A model generated the notes under the pieces. That model searched no databases. It saw nothing but the letters and a program-made list of their open reading frames with translations, and was not told the DNA's origin. Below, in pieces: positions 48,601 to 64,000 of a stretch of 64,000 bases of DNA. The stretch comes from Anthoceros angustus (taxonomy: Eukaryota; Plantae; Anthocerotophyta): the NCBI GenBank assembly GCA_010909165.1, contig MU008157.1, positions 186,001 through 250,000 of the forward strand. The letters are read 5' to 3'. How positions within the stretch are numbered: position 1 is the first letter of the stretch; each line of letters opens with the position of its first letter. The position numbers and the translations under genes are program-made.

Positions 48601-50354
48601 AAATGGGCTGCTGGGCAAAAGGCAATAGACTTTCCCATCATCATATCCAAAAAAAAGCGTGTCCCAGAAAACCATGTACGTTATTGCGGGTTTTGAACAA
48701 ATGTGGCATCCACTATTGGACACCACCGCAGTAGAACGTGGCAAAAAATATTATCGTCTTTGAATTCATTCCTCCAAAACTTCAGAAAATGTGCCGGGAC
48801 CGGAACTGGTAGATGTGTTTGAACTTGTGTCGGACACGCCATTCTTATCATGTGTTCTAATAAAAAAAATAACGTCCATCTGGATAGAGACACGGTTTTG
48901 GCTGATATGATGGTTTCTACTTCGATTGGCTCTGACTTGTCATTACATATCAATTTTTTTTCGCTGTTGGGAAATCCATTCATGCCATTTGCAAAAACAA
49001 GGCCACTGTACTCTAACATAATCGCAATTTCTATCTTGTATCGTCATTTTGTGTGCTCAGGATGTGAACTTGGTAATGTCGTTTGGGTCCACGGCGGAAC
49101 GCACAACCTATCCACTCATAGAGAAGTGCGCTGGTCAGCCGGCGCACACCTCCCCCACAGTCCACTACTAGTTGGAGTCCTTGGTCAATTGAAAAACTAG
49201 CTAATCTGTACCTCGTGAACCATTTTCATCAAGGGTTTCAAGATCTTTGCCTTCAGATGCGACAGCTTCTGCAATGCCATTATCTACAACGTTACTTCCT
49301 TCCATATGTTCCGAAGCTTCCTCCTGCATAGAGCGCAAAACGTACATGTTTTTCCGTATAATGGTTCTAGTCCTTGCATTTAGTTGCTTCTGTTTTGTTA
49401 GAGAAAACCTGTATGCCAAGATGAATGTATCTGAAAGAATCGACGTGTTTCCCCAACCTCATGCTCTGACATGTCGCAATCTCTGGTCAGGCGCGCATCG
49501 ACAGGCGAACGGCGAAACCTTGACCAAGAACCCCAATCTGGACATTTGCAGCAAGCAAACCAAACACAGATGTTTGGCAGGCCTCAATCCTCACCAGGGC
49601 CGTGACGGCAGCCCACGGCATGCCTCGCCCCGATCCGATCCGTTCCCTCCCGACACCTGCAGATGCCATCACAACAACCAGGCAGCAGTCCCGAACCCAG
49701 ATTGATCATGAAAAATTCCCTGGCGCGAGTTCGCAGCGAATTTCGATCAGAAATTGGGCGAATTCTTCTGCAGGATTTTTCTGCAGGAGGAGGCGCCCCA
49801 GCCTCAAGCACCAGGATTGGCGGGCGATTGCGCCCAGACTCCTCCGACAGCACCGGCACACGGGCGCACCATCGCTAGGGTGCGCGGAGGCAGCGCCATA
49901 AACGACGCCAGCAAAGCGGCAGCAACTTGTTGCCGTTTTGAACTCAACCGTTCGGGCAGCCCTATGCAGTGTAAATTCGGTTTTGGGCGCGGTTCGAACC
50001 AGTTCCCCGCGCGCTTCACACCAAAGACATTTGGACCACAGGAGTTTTGTACCACCACCAGTATATGCGCAAGTGAAGATTGAGCCAGCTTCGCCCATCC
50101 TGCAACCGGAATCTTCGGCTTTTGCGGATCAAACTTCTCTTCTGTGGGATCAGCTTGAGCACACGACTCAGTCTTTGGTGGACATAGTCTTTCGTCTTCG
50201 TCGTATAGCGCCTCAACCGGGGGAAGATAACTTGCTAGATTCTGACTCTTTTCACTTTTGGTAGTCTCGATCTTTATGACCACAACCTACAGGGAGGTTG
50301 TGGACCAGCTTATACAGCACTTCAACTCGCTTTCAATTAACGCCTCCGGCTGCC

Positions 50355-51736
50355 ATGGCTAGTACTTCCTCCACCGGCTCGATTCCCGTCTTCACCGACC
50401 ACATTAGAGAGAAAGACCGATTCAACGGCCAACACTACCCTGTGTGGCGCGTTCAGATGAAGTCGATCCTTATTGGTCGAGGCGTTTGGAAGCTTATCGA
50501 CGGCACTCTCCCAAAGCCCAATCACGCAGCCCATTCGCTATGAGACATTGAGAAATGGGAGTACTTGAACGGGATAGCTGTGGCACTCCTGATCAGCAGC
50601 CTGGATTCGAGTCTTGTGCCTAATGTTGAATTTTTCTCAGATGCATCCTCCATCTGGGACCAGTTGTCTAAAACATACAATGTTAACAATGTTCTAACCT
50701 TATGATGATGTAATGCGAAATTCAACTCCTTAAGGATGAAGGAGGCACGCGATTTACGCACACCTCGAAGTTCGGGACAGTGCGAGGCAGCTCGCCTCCT
50801 TGGCTCAACCATGTCGGAGACCGATCTTGCATTGCAGTACCAAGTAATGAGCTTACCACCATCTTACCAAAATTTCGTGACCAGCCTGATGTTGGTATCA
50901 ACTCATGGTAAGTCAGGTCCACCCTCCACCCTTACAGTGGAGGACATTATCGGCGCTCTGTATCAGCAGGAGCAGAGCCACCTTAGCTCTGCAGGAGCGT
51001 TCAAGCCCGAGGCAGACAGGGCGTTTTCCACCCGCTTCAAGCCCGGGAGGAATTTGAAGGGCAAGGCGAACTTCACCCCTAAAGGTGACTCAACCTCTGC
51101 CCCTCCTCGCCGAGTGGAACTCGCAATGGTCTGCCATTGGGCACGAGTGCCGCAAGAAAGAGGCCGGAGAGTTTATAAGGCGACTGAGATAGGCACCAGT
51201 GTGCGATTAAAGGAACGCTAACCTGTGGAGACAAAACCGTAAAGATACTTACGGTCTGCCTCAACACCCAGTTGCATCAAGATGCGGGGTGGTATATGGA
51301 CAGTGGAGCCACCGCCCACATATGCAAAGATCGTACTCTATTCACCAAGCTGGATACTCGTCCTCTCAGGGAAAGGGTGTTACTCGGTGACGAACACAGT
51401 AGATCCAGCCTGCCAATCATGGGACAAGGCACTTGTGAACTTCCCCTCGAGGACGGTTCGGTGCTTACCTTGGAGCCTGTGCTCCTAGTCCCATGGGACA
51501 AGCAGAACTGTCTCCATGACTCATTTCACAAGGCGATCTTAAGATGCTTGCTTCAAGGGGATTATGCTACTTTTTCGGGACCACAAATCCTGACTTGTGC
51601 CTCTTCAGTGCCGTGCCTCAAGACGGCCTGTACAGGCTCTCATTAGCCTTCAGAGGGAGCGCATCAAAGAGGAGCGTCACGCTCCATGGGAGATAGCCTC
51701 CACTATTGTTCAGGTTACGTCCAGCTTAAGAGGGAG
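50355..51736 (+). mobile_element. Decayed, internally deleted Ty1/copia element (gag plus protease, then PPT)
   Basis: RFNGQHYPVWRVQMKSILIGRGVWKLIDGT, SLPPSYQNFVTSL, protease WYMDSGATAHIC and the purine tract AAGAGGGAG|TGTT at 51728-51740. No integrase or RT in between. Confidence 0.85.
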
Positions 51737-52089
51737 TGTTACGGAATTGATAATCTGCCCGTAACCCTGCCGACCAGCTAGTTACCGTAGACCATAATTA
51801 ATAGTGTTTAATAATTACGAACGGGTGTGCCTCTTCGGAAGAGACACCCAATGACACTATTTAAGACACACTTTGTATACACCTTCTAGATAGATTAACA
51901 CGAAACATCTTTATGAGCATGGCAACTTGATCATGCTAAACTAGATGCAGTCCTACTGCTAGGATTTTCACAATTTTTCTTACCTTAGCTCGTGTTCGAT
52001 ACTGATATGGTTGCTGGGACAGTCCCGATTGTGGGATTGTCATGTCCCATGGTTGGGACTATCGTGGCAATCCCGGCAGTCTCCTGACA

Positions 52090-53255
52090 TGTCTCCCTTT
52101 GTGGCGCCAAGGCGTGATTTACAAACTCCCAGCTAGCGCAAATTGGGCTGGCCAAGGAAGCTTCACCAAAAATCCACGATTCCTGGTTGTTGTGCAAGGA
52201 ATCTCCTCTAGGAACAGATGCTCTCCCAGCTAATTTTTCTCTTTGCAAGGAGGACCCTTTGTGGCGGACCCATGCTTGGCACTGTCGAAACTTTTGCCCC
52301 ATTGACTATGATCCGAATCGAATGTGACAAAATATGAGGAGGAGCGGAGTTTTCTACCGGTGCTGTCTTAGCCATGGGACCGGCCCATAGCCGGATCGCA
52401 AGGGCCATCCCGACCATGGGACATGGCGATCCCCCAGGAATGCGGGCTGCCCACATGGGACATGGTAGTCCATTAGCCGGGACTGCCGGGAATGTCCCAC
52501 CCATGGGACATGGTAGTCCCTCAGCCCTTACAGCCGGGATTGGTGAAGTTGTCCCGGGACATGTACATACTCGGGACACCGGCAGTCTCAAAATTCAGCT
52601 TTTCACGACAGGACTACAAGGCGAGGATCCGAGGGTTTCAGTCTTCGAAATCGTGCTTGGAGCGCGCTGCTGTTAGGGACTAAAGCACTTTGTGACTTTT
52701 GCGCAATCCGTGAATCAAACCGTATAGATTTGCATGTTTTGCTCATTGTGTGTCTCCCTGTGTGGCACCAAGGCGTGATTACAAACTCCCGGCTAGTGCA
52801 AACTGGGCTGGCCAAGGAAGCTTCACCAAAATTCCACGATTCCTTGCCATTGCGCAAGGAATCTTCTTTAGGAGCAGATTCTCTGCCAGCTAATTTCACT
52901 CTTTGCAAGGAGGACCCTTTGTGGCGGACCCATGCTTGGCACTGCCGAAACTTTTGCCCCATTCAGGCTACAGCAATCCCAAATACTGGACTAACAGCAT
53001 ATGGACAAATGTGAGGAGGGGAGTTTCGGTCTTGTCTGACCATGGGACATGGCGCCCACCCCTTGTTGATTTGTCCCGGCTAAAACATGGCAATCCCACA
53101 GTGGGATCTGCGGAGTCAGCCATGGGACATGGCAGTCCCAGCCATGGGACGTGGTAGTCCCAGCCATGGGACGTGGTAGTCCCTCAACCCTTAAAGTCGG
53201 GACAGGTGGAGTTGTCCCGAGACAGGTACATACTCGAGACACCGGCAGTCCCAAT
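52090..53255. repeat. Diverged direct repeat of about 500 bp (52090-52591 and 52751-53255) with CCATGGGACATGG subrepeats
   Basis: Shared blocks CCAAGGCGTGATT.., CTCTTTGCAAGGAGGACCCTTTGTGGCGGACCCATGCTTGGCACTG and CATACTCG.GACACCGGCAGTC. Probably TE-internal. Confidence 0.85.
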
Positions 53256-55035
53256 CCTCAGGGTTTCATGACTGGCTTGCTGTCTGGGCCGTGCTCCTCC
53301 TCCTCTCCCTGCAATCAGCAGGTGAGTTAGCCCCCGGCGGAGCGTGCATTCTCCCTCACCGTCCTTAAGGAGGTTGTGGTGCCCCCAAACGTGGTGGGTG
53401 GTGCAAGTGCTGAAGGACTCCGAACCCGGCTCCTTGCGAGCAAAGTGGTGGAGTTGAATATGCCGAAGCAGTAGCCGAGACGAAGATGGTGGAGTCAAGA
53501 AATGATCAGCCGTGACCTTGCTTTGCGTGGACGTGGCCACGTAGGTACCATGAAAGCTACCCATCCCTTAGAGTGTGGCACGTCAAACTGAACGGAACTC
53601 TAAGGGAAGGGAGGAAAGAATCAAGTGGAGGACGACGAGCGTTGAGAGGAGTGAGTGTGGAGGGGCTAGCGGCTGCTAGCCGAAGGACGCCGACGAGTCG
53701 TCAAACGTCTGGTAACGGTGGACCTTAGCCGGTGGAGTCTGCTGTGGAATACAGTAGAGCATGAGAAGAAGGCGAACGTGTAGAGGAAGCTTGAGGCAGA
53801 GCGTAGGTCCGGTCAGGGGTTGTAACCTTAGGCAGTTGGTATTGCGGAAGGTGACACGTCGAGTGGTCCGGTTTGTTGATCGGGTTGGACTGTCTCCTAG
53901 GTACTTCTTGTGGCATAAAGGGAGTTTGGCCGCCCGCGCTCACTTGTAGGTCCTTTCCGACAAAAACCGGCTGGTGAAAGGTCAAGGCGCTTGTATGAAT
54001 GCCCAAGGGGGCACGGGGAGTTTCGCTTTAGCAGGTGTTGACTCAGGGGAATCACACGGCATCCGATGACGCGAGTGGAGCGTGTGCACATGCCGTTATG
54101 ACATTTCCAGGAAGCGGCTCGGGAAGGACGTTGGCTGATAGACATCGTTCGTCACGTCGAGAGCTTCCTTGGACGCGAGTTCGAAAGGGCGGGGTTTGAT
54201 CCTACTGCCTTGGAGTCCGGGGTAGGTCCGATAGCAATGGGTTTGATTTATCGAGGTTTTACCTTAAGTAATTAAAAGTAATAAGCTGGGACTGGAGGCA
54301 CGAGCTATTCCCTTTGGATCGAACCAACTACTACATGATAACGGGTTATAGTGTGCGCCCAGCTAGCCCGCTAGCGAAAGTTGTCGCCACTTAAGCGCCG
54401 CTGCCGGAGAAAGGTATTGTTGCCTCATCTTTGTTAGCAGGTCAAGTGGTATATGGTAGAATAGAGTGTGAATAGTTATTTAAATAAAAACAATGCTTGA
54501 GATAATCATAAATAGTTAAAGAATAGTTATAACATCCATGTAGAACCCATTTACTCTTTGGATATGCTTCATGCTTAGCTGTCCTTACACTAGATAGGAA
54601 AGGGCACTTAATCTCTACTTTTTGAAAGCCTTGGGCTGTCGCTAGGTTCGCAAAGATCAATCACTAGGAGGTGAACAACGCAATTCAATTCCCAAGCCAA
54701 ACAGATCATCGGCTCTGAGGTTTACACTGCGTGCCCTAATCATCTTTATGATGTTCGGTTCTGGAGTTTCCTGGGGCTCCGTTGTTTGCAACGTTAGGCT
54801 CGTTTTTGACCACCCGGAACAAACCGGACACAGGCCGTGACCGGGCAAATATGTATGAATCGACCCTGGAATCTTCACCTCACACACAATGAAGTAATAA
54901 CTGCCGGAAGAATCGAAAACTAACTGCCCTCAATTGGCAGTAGATAGTGGTCGGTTGTGCGCCCGTTGACAGGAATTTGGGTGTGCTCAGACTCCTAATC
55001 AGATGTCCTTCCTTCTTTCCGCTTCGTTTGCCTGT

Positions 55036-57910
<2,875 letters not shown>

Positions 57911-59046
57911 GGCAAATCTGTAAATGTCGTACCTGAATCATAACGGTGCTTGTAGAGTTTGGATTCGTAGCTTCAAATAGTGAGGAGTCTAAATTCAATC
58001 GTGTTCCAGCTACAGAAATTCGTGTCATGTTCAGATAATAATAAGAACGTTGCGGATCCGAATGCTTGAAGGGTCTGAGAATAGGAGTGTAATGCAGGTG
58101 GTGATGTGTTTTTTTACGACCTTTTGCAATATCTTCAAATGATAAATAGCTAGTGATATTCTTTTGAGTCACTCTATCTGGAAAGCAATACCTGGTGACA
58201 GAAGAACTTCAAGTTGGATTTCAATTATTCAATCTAGTTCTTTAAGCTTAGATAATATTATTATCATATAAATAAGTACCTGAATTTCACATAATTTCTT
58301 TTCTTCATGTGAGCCGCAAGTTGCATTCCCAGAGAATCATTATATCTACTTAACCTTAAAATACCTGATTTAGTACTATCATGAACACATCTAAATTGAA
58401 TGCCCGATAGTCTTCGATCTTTATCTGATAAGTTCTCCATTGTGATTGTCTCTGGAGCCCAATGTCCACTGACATAAGTCTCATCTCCATATAGAGCATG
58501 AAAGGGTTTTGTACTTTGTCTATAGGAGCTCGACTCCCAATGTCCACTGACATAAGTCTCATCTCCATATAGAGCATGAAAGGGTTTTGTACTTTGTCTA
58601 TAGGAGCTCGACTGCAAAGGATTAAAAGCACCTGAATATGTACTACAATCTTGACCTTCACGTGGTTCACATCTAATCCACAAATCACTACTACCAGTAT
58701 CTAAGGTAACTAGAGTATCTTGTGGTGGTGTTTCAACTTGGAGTTTGATAAAGTATTCGTCATTCCAATGCCTACCTGGTGATACCATCAGACTTCTTTT
58801 GCCCATTCTTGGAAAATATCGTTTAGCGACTTTCGATGTATCATTCAATATATTTGCATGAAAAATAGGAAAAGCATATTGAGGAATCCCTCCCAAAATA
58901 TCTTGTAATGATGGCAAGACCTGTTTATCGAGGACCATGGTGTGATCACACCTGACAAAACCATTAAAAGATACGAGAATGATACAAAATTGATATAATA
59001 ATAGCAATATTAATTTAACATTGCACTTGAACTTAAGAAACTCCAT
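57911..59046 (-). pseudogene. Intronless A1 (pepsin/nepenthesin-like) aspartic protease, frameshifted and 3'-truncated
   Basis: Signal peptide, EYFIKLQV..LDTGSSDLWIRC, FNPLQSSSY, YYYLNMTRISVAG and a second catalytic motif DSGTTFTDLP at about 57939-57910 after a 1-bp shift. In-frame 78-bp internal duplication. Confidence 0.85.
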
Positions 59047-59595
59047 CGTATAAAATCTTAAAGTGGCTGTTGATGAAAGTTATCACATTCTTTATCTAGT
59101 TTATTTCAAAAGGTGGTCTCATGCTTCACTAATTCCCAATAAAACATGCCTTGGAGTCCTCCATAGAAAAACACTGTGATAAAAGCACAACAAGCTCTCT
59201 TTTAAGACTCACAACTCCTGCACAATAAGTTGTTAATCAGTCTCATATCTCGCGCTTAACGAGCTAATCAGTCTCACACCTCGTGTATAACAAGTTGTCA
59301 AACCTCATGCCTTTTTGGGAAAATTCGTTACTCTATTAAGGGAGGAAAGATAAGGTAAACATAAAGTTGTAAGAGATATTTATACTAGTGTATTTGTATT
59401 TTCGGTAGAAACGAGCTTTACTTAGTAAAAATGACCTTTCCTTAGTAGTGTTGCGTCATGGTCAGACATCATGTAATCCAATTTGGGAAGGGGGCTTTAT
59501 TTCTTTTTCCATTTGACTTGCTCTAGCCTTTTTTTTTTGTTTTTTTTTGGTAGGAATGAGCTTTACTAAGTACAAACTACCTTTTCTAAGTAAGG

Positions 59596-60594
59596 CTCCA
59601 TTATGGTTAGACATCATATAATTCAATTTGAGAAGGGGGCTTTATTTCTTTTTTCTGGTGACTTCCACCAGCTTTCTTTTCAGTTTTTGATGGCAATGGG
59701 CTTTACTAAGTACAAATGACTTTTCTCTAGTTAAGGCTTTGTCATGGCCATGCGCCATGTATTCTAATTTGAGAAGGGGGCTTTTTTCTTTTTCTTGGTG
59801 ATTCCTTCAATTTTCGACATATCCAGAGAACACAGGTACACAAGTTTGGGACAGTCATTTTCATCACATGTCGATTTATTTTTCCTTGCTCAAGGCTGAT
59901 AATGCAAAAAAAAAGCAGGCCATTGAGAGCTTAAATGTTGATCATGGATCGTGCCTTTCGGTGTTCCTTGTCCATTTTGAAATCTCTTTCAAACATCATG
60001 TACGATGCTCTTAGCATCTGAATACAATCATACATCTAGAAGACCTAGAAACATACATTGACCGTTCTCTATTGGCGACACATTTAATCTTCGATACTCT
60101 CCATTATGGTTAGACATCATATAATTCAATTTGAGAAGGGGGCTTTATTTCTTTTTTCTGGTGACTTCCACCAGCTTTCTTTTCAGTTTTTGATGGCAAT
60201 GGGCTTTACTAAGTACAAATGACTTTTCTCTAGTTAAGGCTTTGTCATGGCCATGCGCCATGTATTCTAATTTGAGAAGGGGGCTTTTTTCTTTTTCTTG
60301 GTGATTCCTTCAATTTTCGACATATCCAGAGAACACAGGTACACAAGTTTGGGACAGTCATTTTCATCACATGTCGATTTATTTTTCCTTGCTCAAGGCT
60401 GATAATGCAAAAAAAAAGCAGGCCATTGAGAGCTTAAATGTTGATCATGGATCGTGCCTTTCGGTGTTCCTTGTCCATTTTGAAATCTCTTTCAAACATC
60501 ATGTACGATGCTCTTAGCATCTGAATACAATCATACATCTAGAAGACCTAGAAACATACATTGACCGTTCTCTATTGGCGACACATTTAATCTT
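59596..60594. repeat. Near-perfect tandem duplication with 503-bp period (59596-60091 and 60099-60594)
   Basis: The two copies read identically by eye, with a 7-bp spacer CGATACT. Older subrepeats of about 140 bp lie inside and upstream. Confidence 0.93.
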
Positions 60595-62599
60595 TCAGTA
60601 CTCTCGGCGCACATTATTAGAGGAGCTTGTTGTGGCACATGTTGTTGTGACCGACATAAATAACATTGTGAGAGGCGTGTCTTTCGTTTGTACATCCTCG
60701 CCGTAATATCTTGTGTGCTATCCATGCTCTTTTTCAAGGGCAATAGAGCATTGGCCATGGACCATTGTTGCTTTCTTTCTTGGAGTTACTTACTTTGGAA
60801 CATTGCTATCGCAGAGCAGGTAAGGAATTATGTGAGCAGGTAAGGAATTATGTGACAATGGCAAACTGGTAATACACCAATATGTGTGGCTTGGCAATTA
60901 CGTGGCTGTAGAAACGGCTTGAGCTTCAAGCTATGATGAGGCCAGCAAGCTCAAGGAGAGCACATGATATTTCAAAGACAATACGATTGTACCTATGAGC
61001 AATTGTGAAGGCGTATAGAAAATGGTAATCTGACGCGTAGTTCTCTCAAAAGACATGATGCACGAAGGCAACAGATCTTCGAGTGAGTGATCTTAAGGCG
61101 ATAGCGAGCTCGGATAGGTGCCTAGTTTTTTAAAAGCTGTTGATTGAGTTTACTATGCTTACATATGTCACAAAAGAAGTTTGATTGAGGTCTATGCTTG
61201 GTAGTGTCATGCTATAGGGTTGAGTTGATGAGGGATTGAAGATATCTATGATTAAGGTGGCTAGCTTTACAATGTCACACGAACCGGTCATTTTGTAAGG
61301 TAGTGGGGCTTTAGTATGATGCATGGAGTCTAGATAGACTAAATGACATTAAAGAGGTAGAAAATTATGACAAGACTAATCATGTGCCAAGAGTGTGGCA
61401 AGAGGATCCATGGGATCTATATATCCGACAATGATCACCTTGAAATGTTATTATCAATTCCGGATTTGTGGTTAGCTAAAACCGTACAATACCATTTCAA
61501 AGGCGCAAAAAATCTTCTTCTGGTAACTAATCTATCTCTCTTGTAAGACTTGTGACCACAAAGGTTATCTCTTTGAATTTTTCAGAAATAAATAATATTT
61601 TGATAATAATAATAATAATTTTTATTCAGGTTACACATAATCGAATTGTAAACATATCTTCATAAAAATTGAATAATACATTGATAACACTCCTTTTTTC
61701 GCCCATGAAATAATTTATTCTTATTCACCATGCTAGTAAGATTTGTCACTAACTATTTGGAAAAGTGTGCCTCAGAGTGCGAGTTTGGATGACTAACTAT
61801 TAATCTTAACTCCAGAACGGCTGACCATCTCAAATCGAGCCACTTTTATTATATTCACATTACATCCACAAAAATCTTTTGTTCTATGTCTTGTTTGAAG
61901 TTACAGGGCTGATCGTCCCGACATTGAAATAGGTAGCTCTCTTTTTGAGCTTTTGGCTTCAACTTCTAGTACCATTGTCACAAGTCAAGAGGAACACAGA
62001 GGTGAGGATAGGAGCGCAGTGGTAGGGTGTGCTGCGTGGTGTGGCGCGAGCCCCGGTGAGGATAGGAGCGCAGTGGTAGGGTCTGCTGCGTGGCGTGGCG
62101 CGAGCCCCGCGGGCCTCCAAGTACATGGCGTAGAGCTGGGGGCTCCCCTTCCCCCCTCTCGTCGCGAGGTTCGGCCGGGTCAGTCGTGGCGCAGCCCGAG
62201 CAAGGTGGGGCGCGGTCGTGGCACAGCCTAGGCAAGGTGGGGCACAGTCCGGCAGAGGTACGGCGGGTCCCCCTCATGGTGGGGCCGGGATTTGGTGCCG
62301 AGCTTTGCGGGTAGGGGGCACGACAGGTAGGGGTGCGGCAAGTTGGGGGCACGGCGCGTGGGGTGGCGTGGCAGGGCCGGATTTCGGGGCCGGTGGGGCC
62401 CGTGGTGAGATGGCTTCAGTTGGGGTTTTCTGACGGTAGTCGTCTAGGTTTAGGGTCTGTGGCGTGTGCCCTAGGTTTAGGGTTTTGGTGGCGCTTTAGG
62501 GTTTTCAAAGTGGGTGGAGGGTACATGGGGCCCAACTTTTTGTGGTACTCGCCATACGGAGCGTACACTTTGTATGTCTAGTAAATGTCAAGGACGTTT

Positions 62600-63105
62600 T
62601 GTCCTTAGCACCTGGTGCCCCGTCGACCTTGACACCTTCGGGCAGTCCCTGATAGGTTGTTTCCTAAATTGTGTCATTCTCGCTTGTTCCTGCCCTCTCC
62701 CCTATGGTGCAGTCCACTCCTTCAGTGGCAGTCACGGACACCCCCTGTCCTGCCTGCGCTCAGCTGTGCTATGGGGTCACGGGGGTGAAATATCACATTG
62801 GGCACAAACACAAGAACTTCGACCGAACCACCTGGGAGGCTCATGTGAGGTTTGCCTCTTTCAATGGGGCTATACATCTAGCTCCGAATTTGGATGCTCC
62901 CCTGGGCCCGCCCTCAGAGTCCTCGCAATGGTTGCGAATGTAATTGGATCATCTGCTCACCCTGTTCAAAGCACACTTTCCGAGACTCCCGCCTTTTTTG
63001 ACGTTCCCGAGGCGCCTGCATGACGACATTCGCCTTGCCTACCGGCTTCCTTTGGATTGCCTTGCGTTGGACCCTTGGGATGAGGCAGGTTGTTCCTTCC
63101 TCAAC
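62600..63105 (+). mobile_element. Possible pre-RT fragment of a CRE-like non-LTR retrotransposon
   Basis: FPRRLHDDIRLAYRLPLDCLALDPWDEAGCSFL resembles the region upstream of RT in such elements. No catalytic motif is present. Confidence 0.35.
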
Positions 63106-63125
63106 TTAAGCCTACACCTTTGTTT

Positions 63126-63368
63126 AGTGATAGCCAGCGTGCCATTGCACTTGCAAGAAATCCTGTTTTTCACTCTAGAACAAAACATATAGCTGTTGAG
63201 TATCATTATATAAGAAAAAAATTAGAGGATAAAACTATTGATATTAGTTATGTTCAGACTTTAGATAATGCTGCCGATTTATTAACAAAGTCATTGGGAA
63301 TTGAGTTACATAGGAAACACATGAAACGTTTAGGTATTATGGACACACAGTCCAAACCTTTAGCCTAA
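63126..63368 (+). mobile_element. Ty1/copia RNase H C-terminal fragment
   Basis: DSQRAIALARNPVFHSRTKHIAVEYHYIR...DNAADLLTKSL. Confidence 0.92.
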
Positions 63369-64000
63369 TACTCACCCTAGCAACCTTAGGGCCGATTTAA
63401 GATAACCTCAAAATCTCAGCTCAAAATTATAATCTTACTATTTTTATGAACATATTTCCTCTTCTATCTTAAAATAACTTAGGTCGTCTCTGCCTTATTC
63501 TTCATAGACTTCCAAAATAGATCCTGGAATATTTATATAAAAATAATATTTAACCAGGATAATTTATGTAATCAAAACATTAAATTCCCTTAGCACTAGA
63601 GGCACCTACGGAAAACATGTTTGATATGTCTTGGGAATTCCTCACATGGGAGACTTGCTATTTTTATCATGTGTATAGGAGTTTTTCTCACATATGTAGG
63701 AGTCCGGGACATCTCCCTTTTCACTTAAACCTAAGGTGAGTATGTATACTTTATTTTCCTGGTCACCTCTTGGTAGCAGCCCGGGCTTGTACTAGCCCAT
63801 GTCTTTATCTTTAATGCACTTAGGGAAACAAAATGTGTTTATAGTCGCATCAATTGCAGAGACTTTATGCTAGGTTATTATCCTAAAATCAACATAGAAA
63901 TTAGGATATGTAAATATTGAATAACACTTAATAAATACATTCCACCTTTTTCCTTCCTTGCCTGTTCTTCTTTACCGTATCCTCCTCATGTCGTCTCCAC

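Noticed and set aside
51740-51762. TACGGAAT resembling another IS3EU terminus
   Set aside because: The similarity stops after 8 bp, I found no partner TIR or TSD, and it is better explained as an LTR start after the copia PPT.
60600-61450. Possible gypsy gag/protease remnant
   Set aside because: Too decayed, and no diagnostic motif could be read with confidence.
62445-62505. TTTAGGG telomere-like motifs (also near 14215-14232)
   Set aside because: Isolated copies rather than an array. Such telo-box-like motifs are common in TE subtermini and promoters.

Overview
Eukaryotic, land-plant genomic DNA with compact multi-exon genes (introns of about 70-150 bp) between dense transposon debris. The architecture suggests a hornwort/bryophyte-grade genome, which is an inference. 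Host genes: GH3 beta-glucosidase/exoglucanase (-), chloroplast FtsH7/9 protease (-), UBL-LRR protein (+), RPL31 (+), AUGMIN subunit 2 (+), an intronless STE20/BLUS1-like kinase (+), peroxisomal polyamine oxidase (+), a 5'-truncated GH47 alpha-1,2-mannosidase (-) and a frameshifted A1 aspartic protease (-) that runs straight into it. Mobile DNA: a decayed chromovirus split by a 2.5-kb TIR element, PIF/Harbinger, CRE-like RLE non-LTR fragments and Copia fragments. The most notable structure is a nested IS3EU-type DNA transposon system: a 989-bp non-autonomous copy with TATGG...CCATA TIRs and a perfect 6-bp TSD, next to an intron-containing integrase-core transposase relic. Other highlights are an intact, solitary Gag-like ORF with a duplicated capsid N-terminal domain and a possible conserved-peptide uORF upstream of PAO. 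Several frameshifts and an indel-rich duplicate block look like long-read consensus errors, so pseudogene calls need care. CDS features are whole-gene spans including introns.
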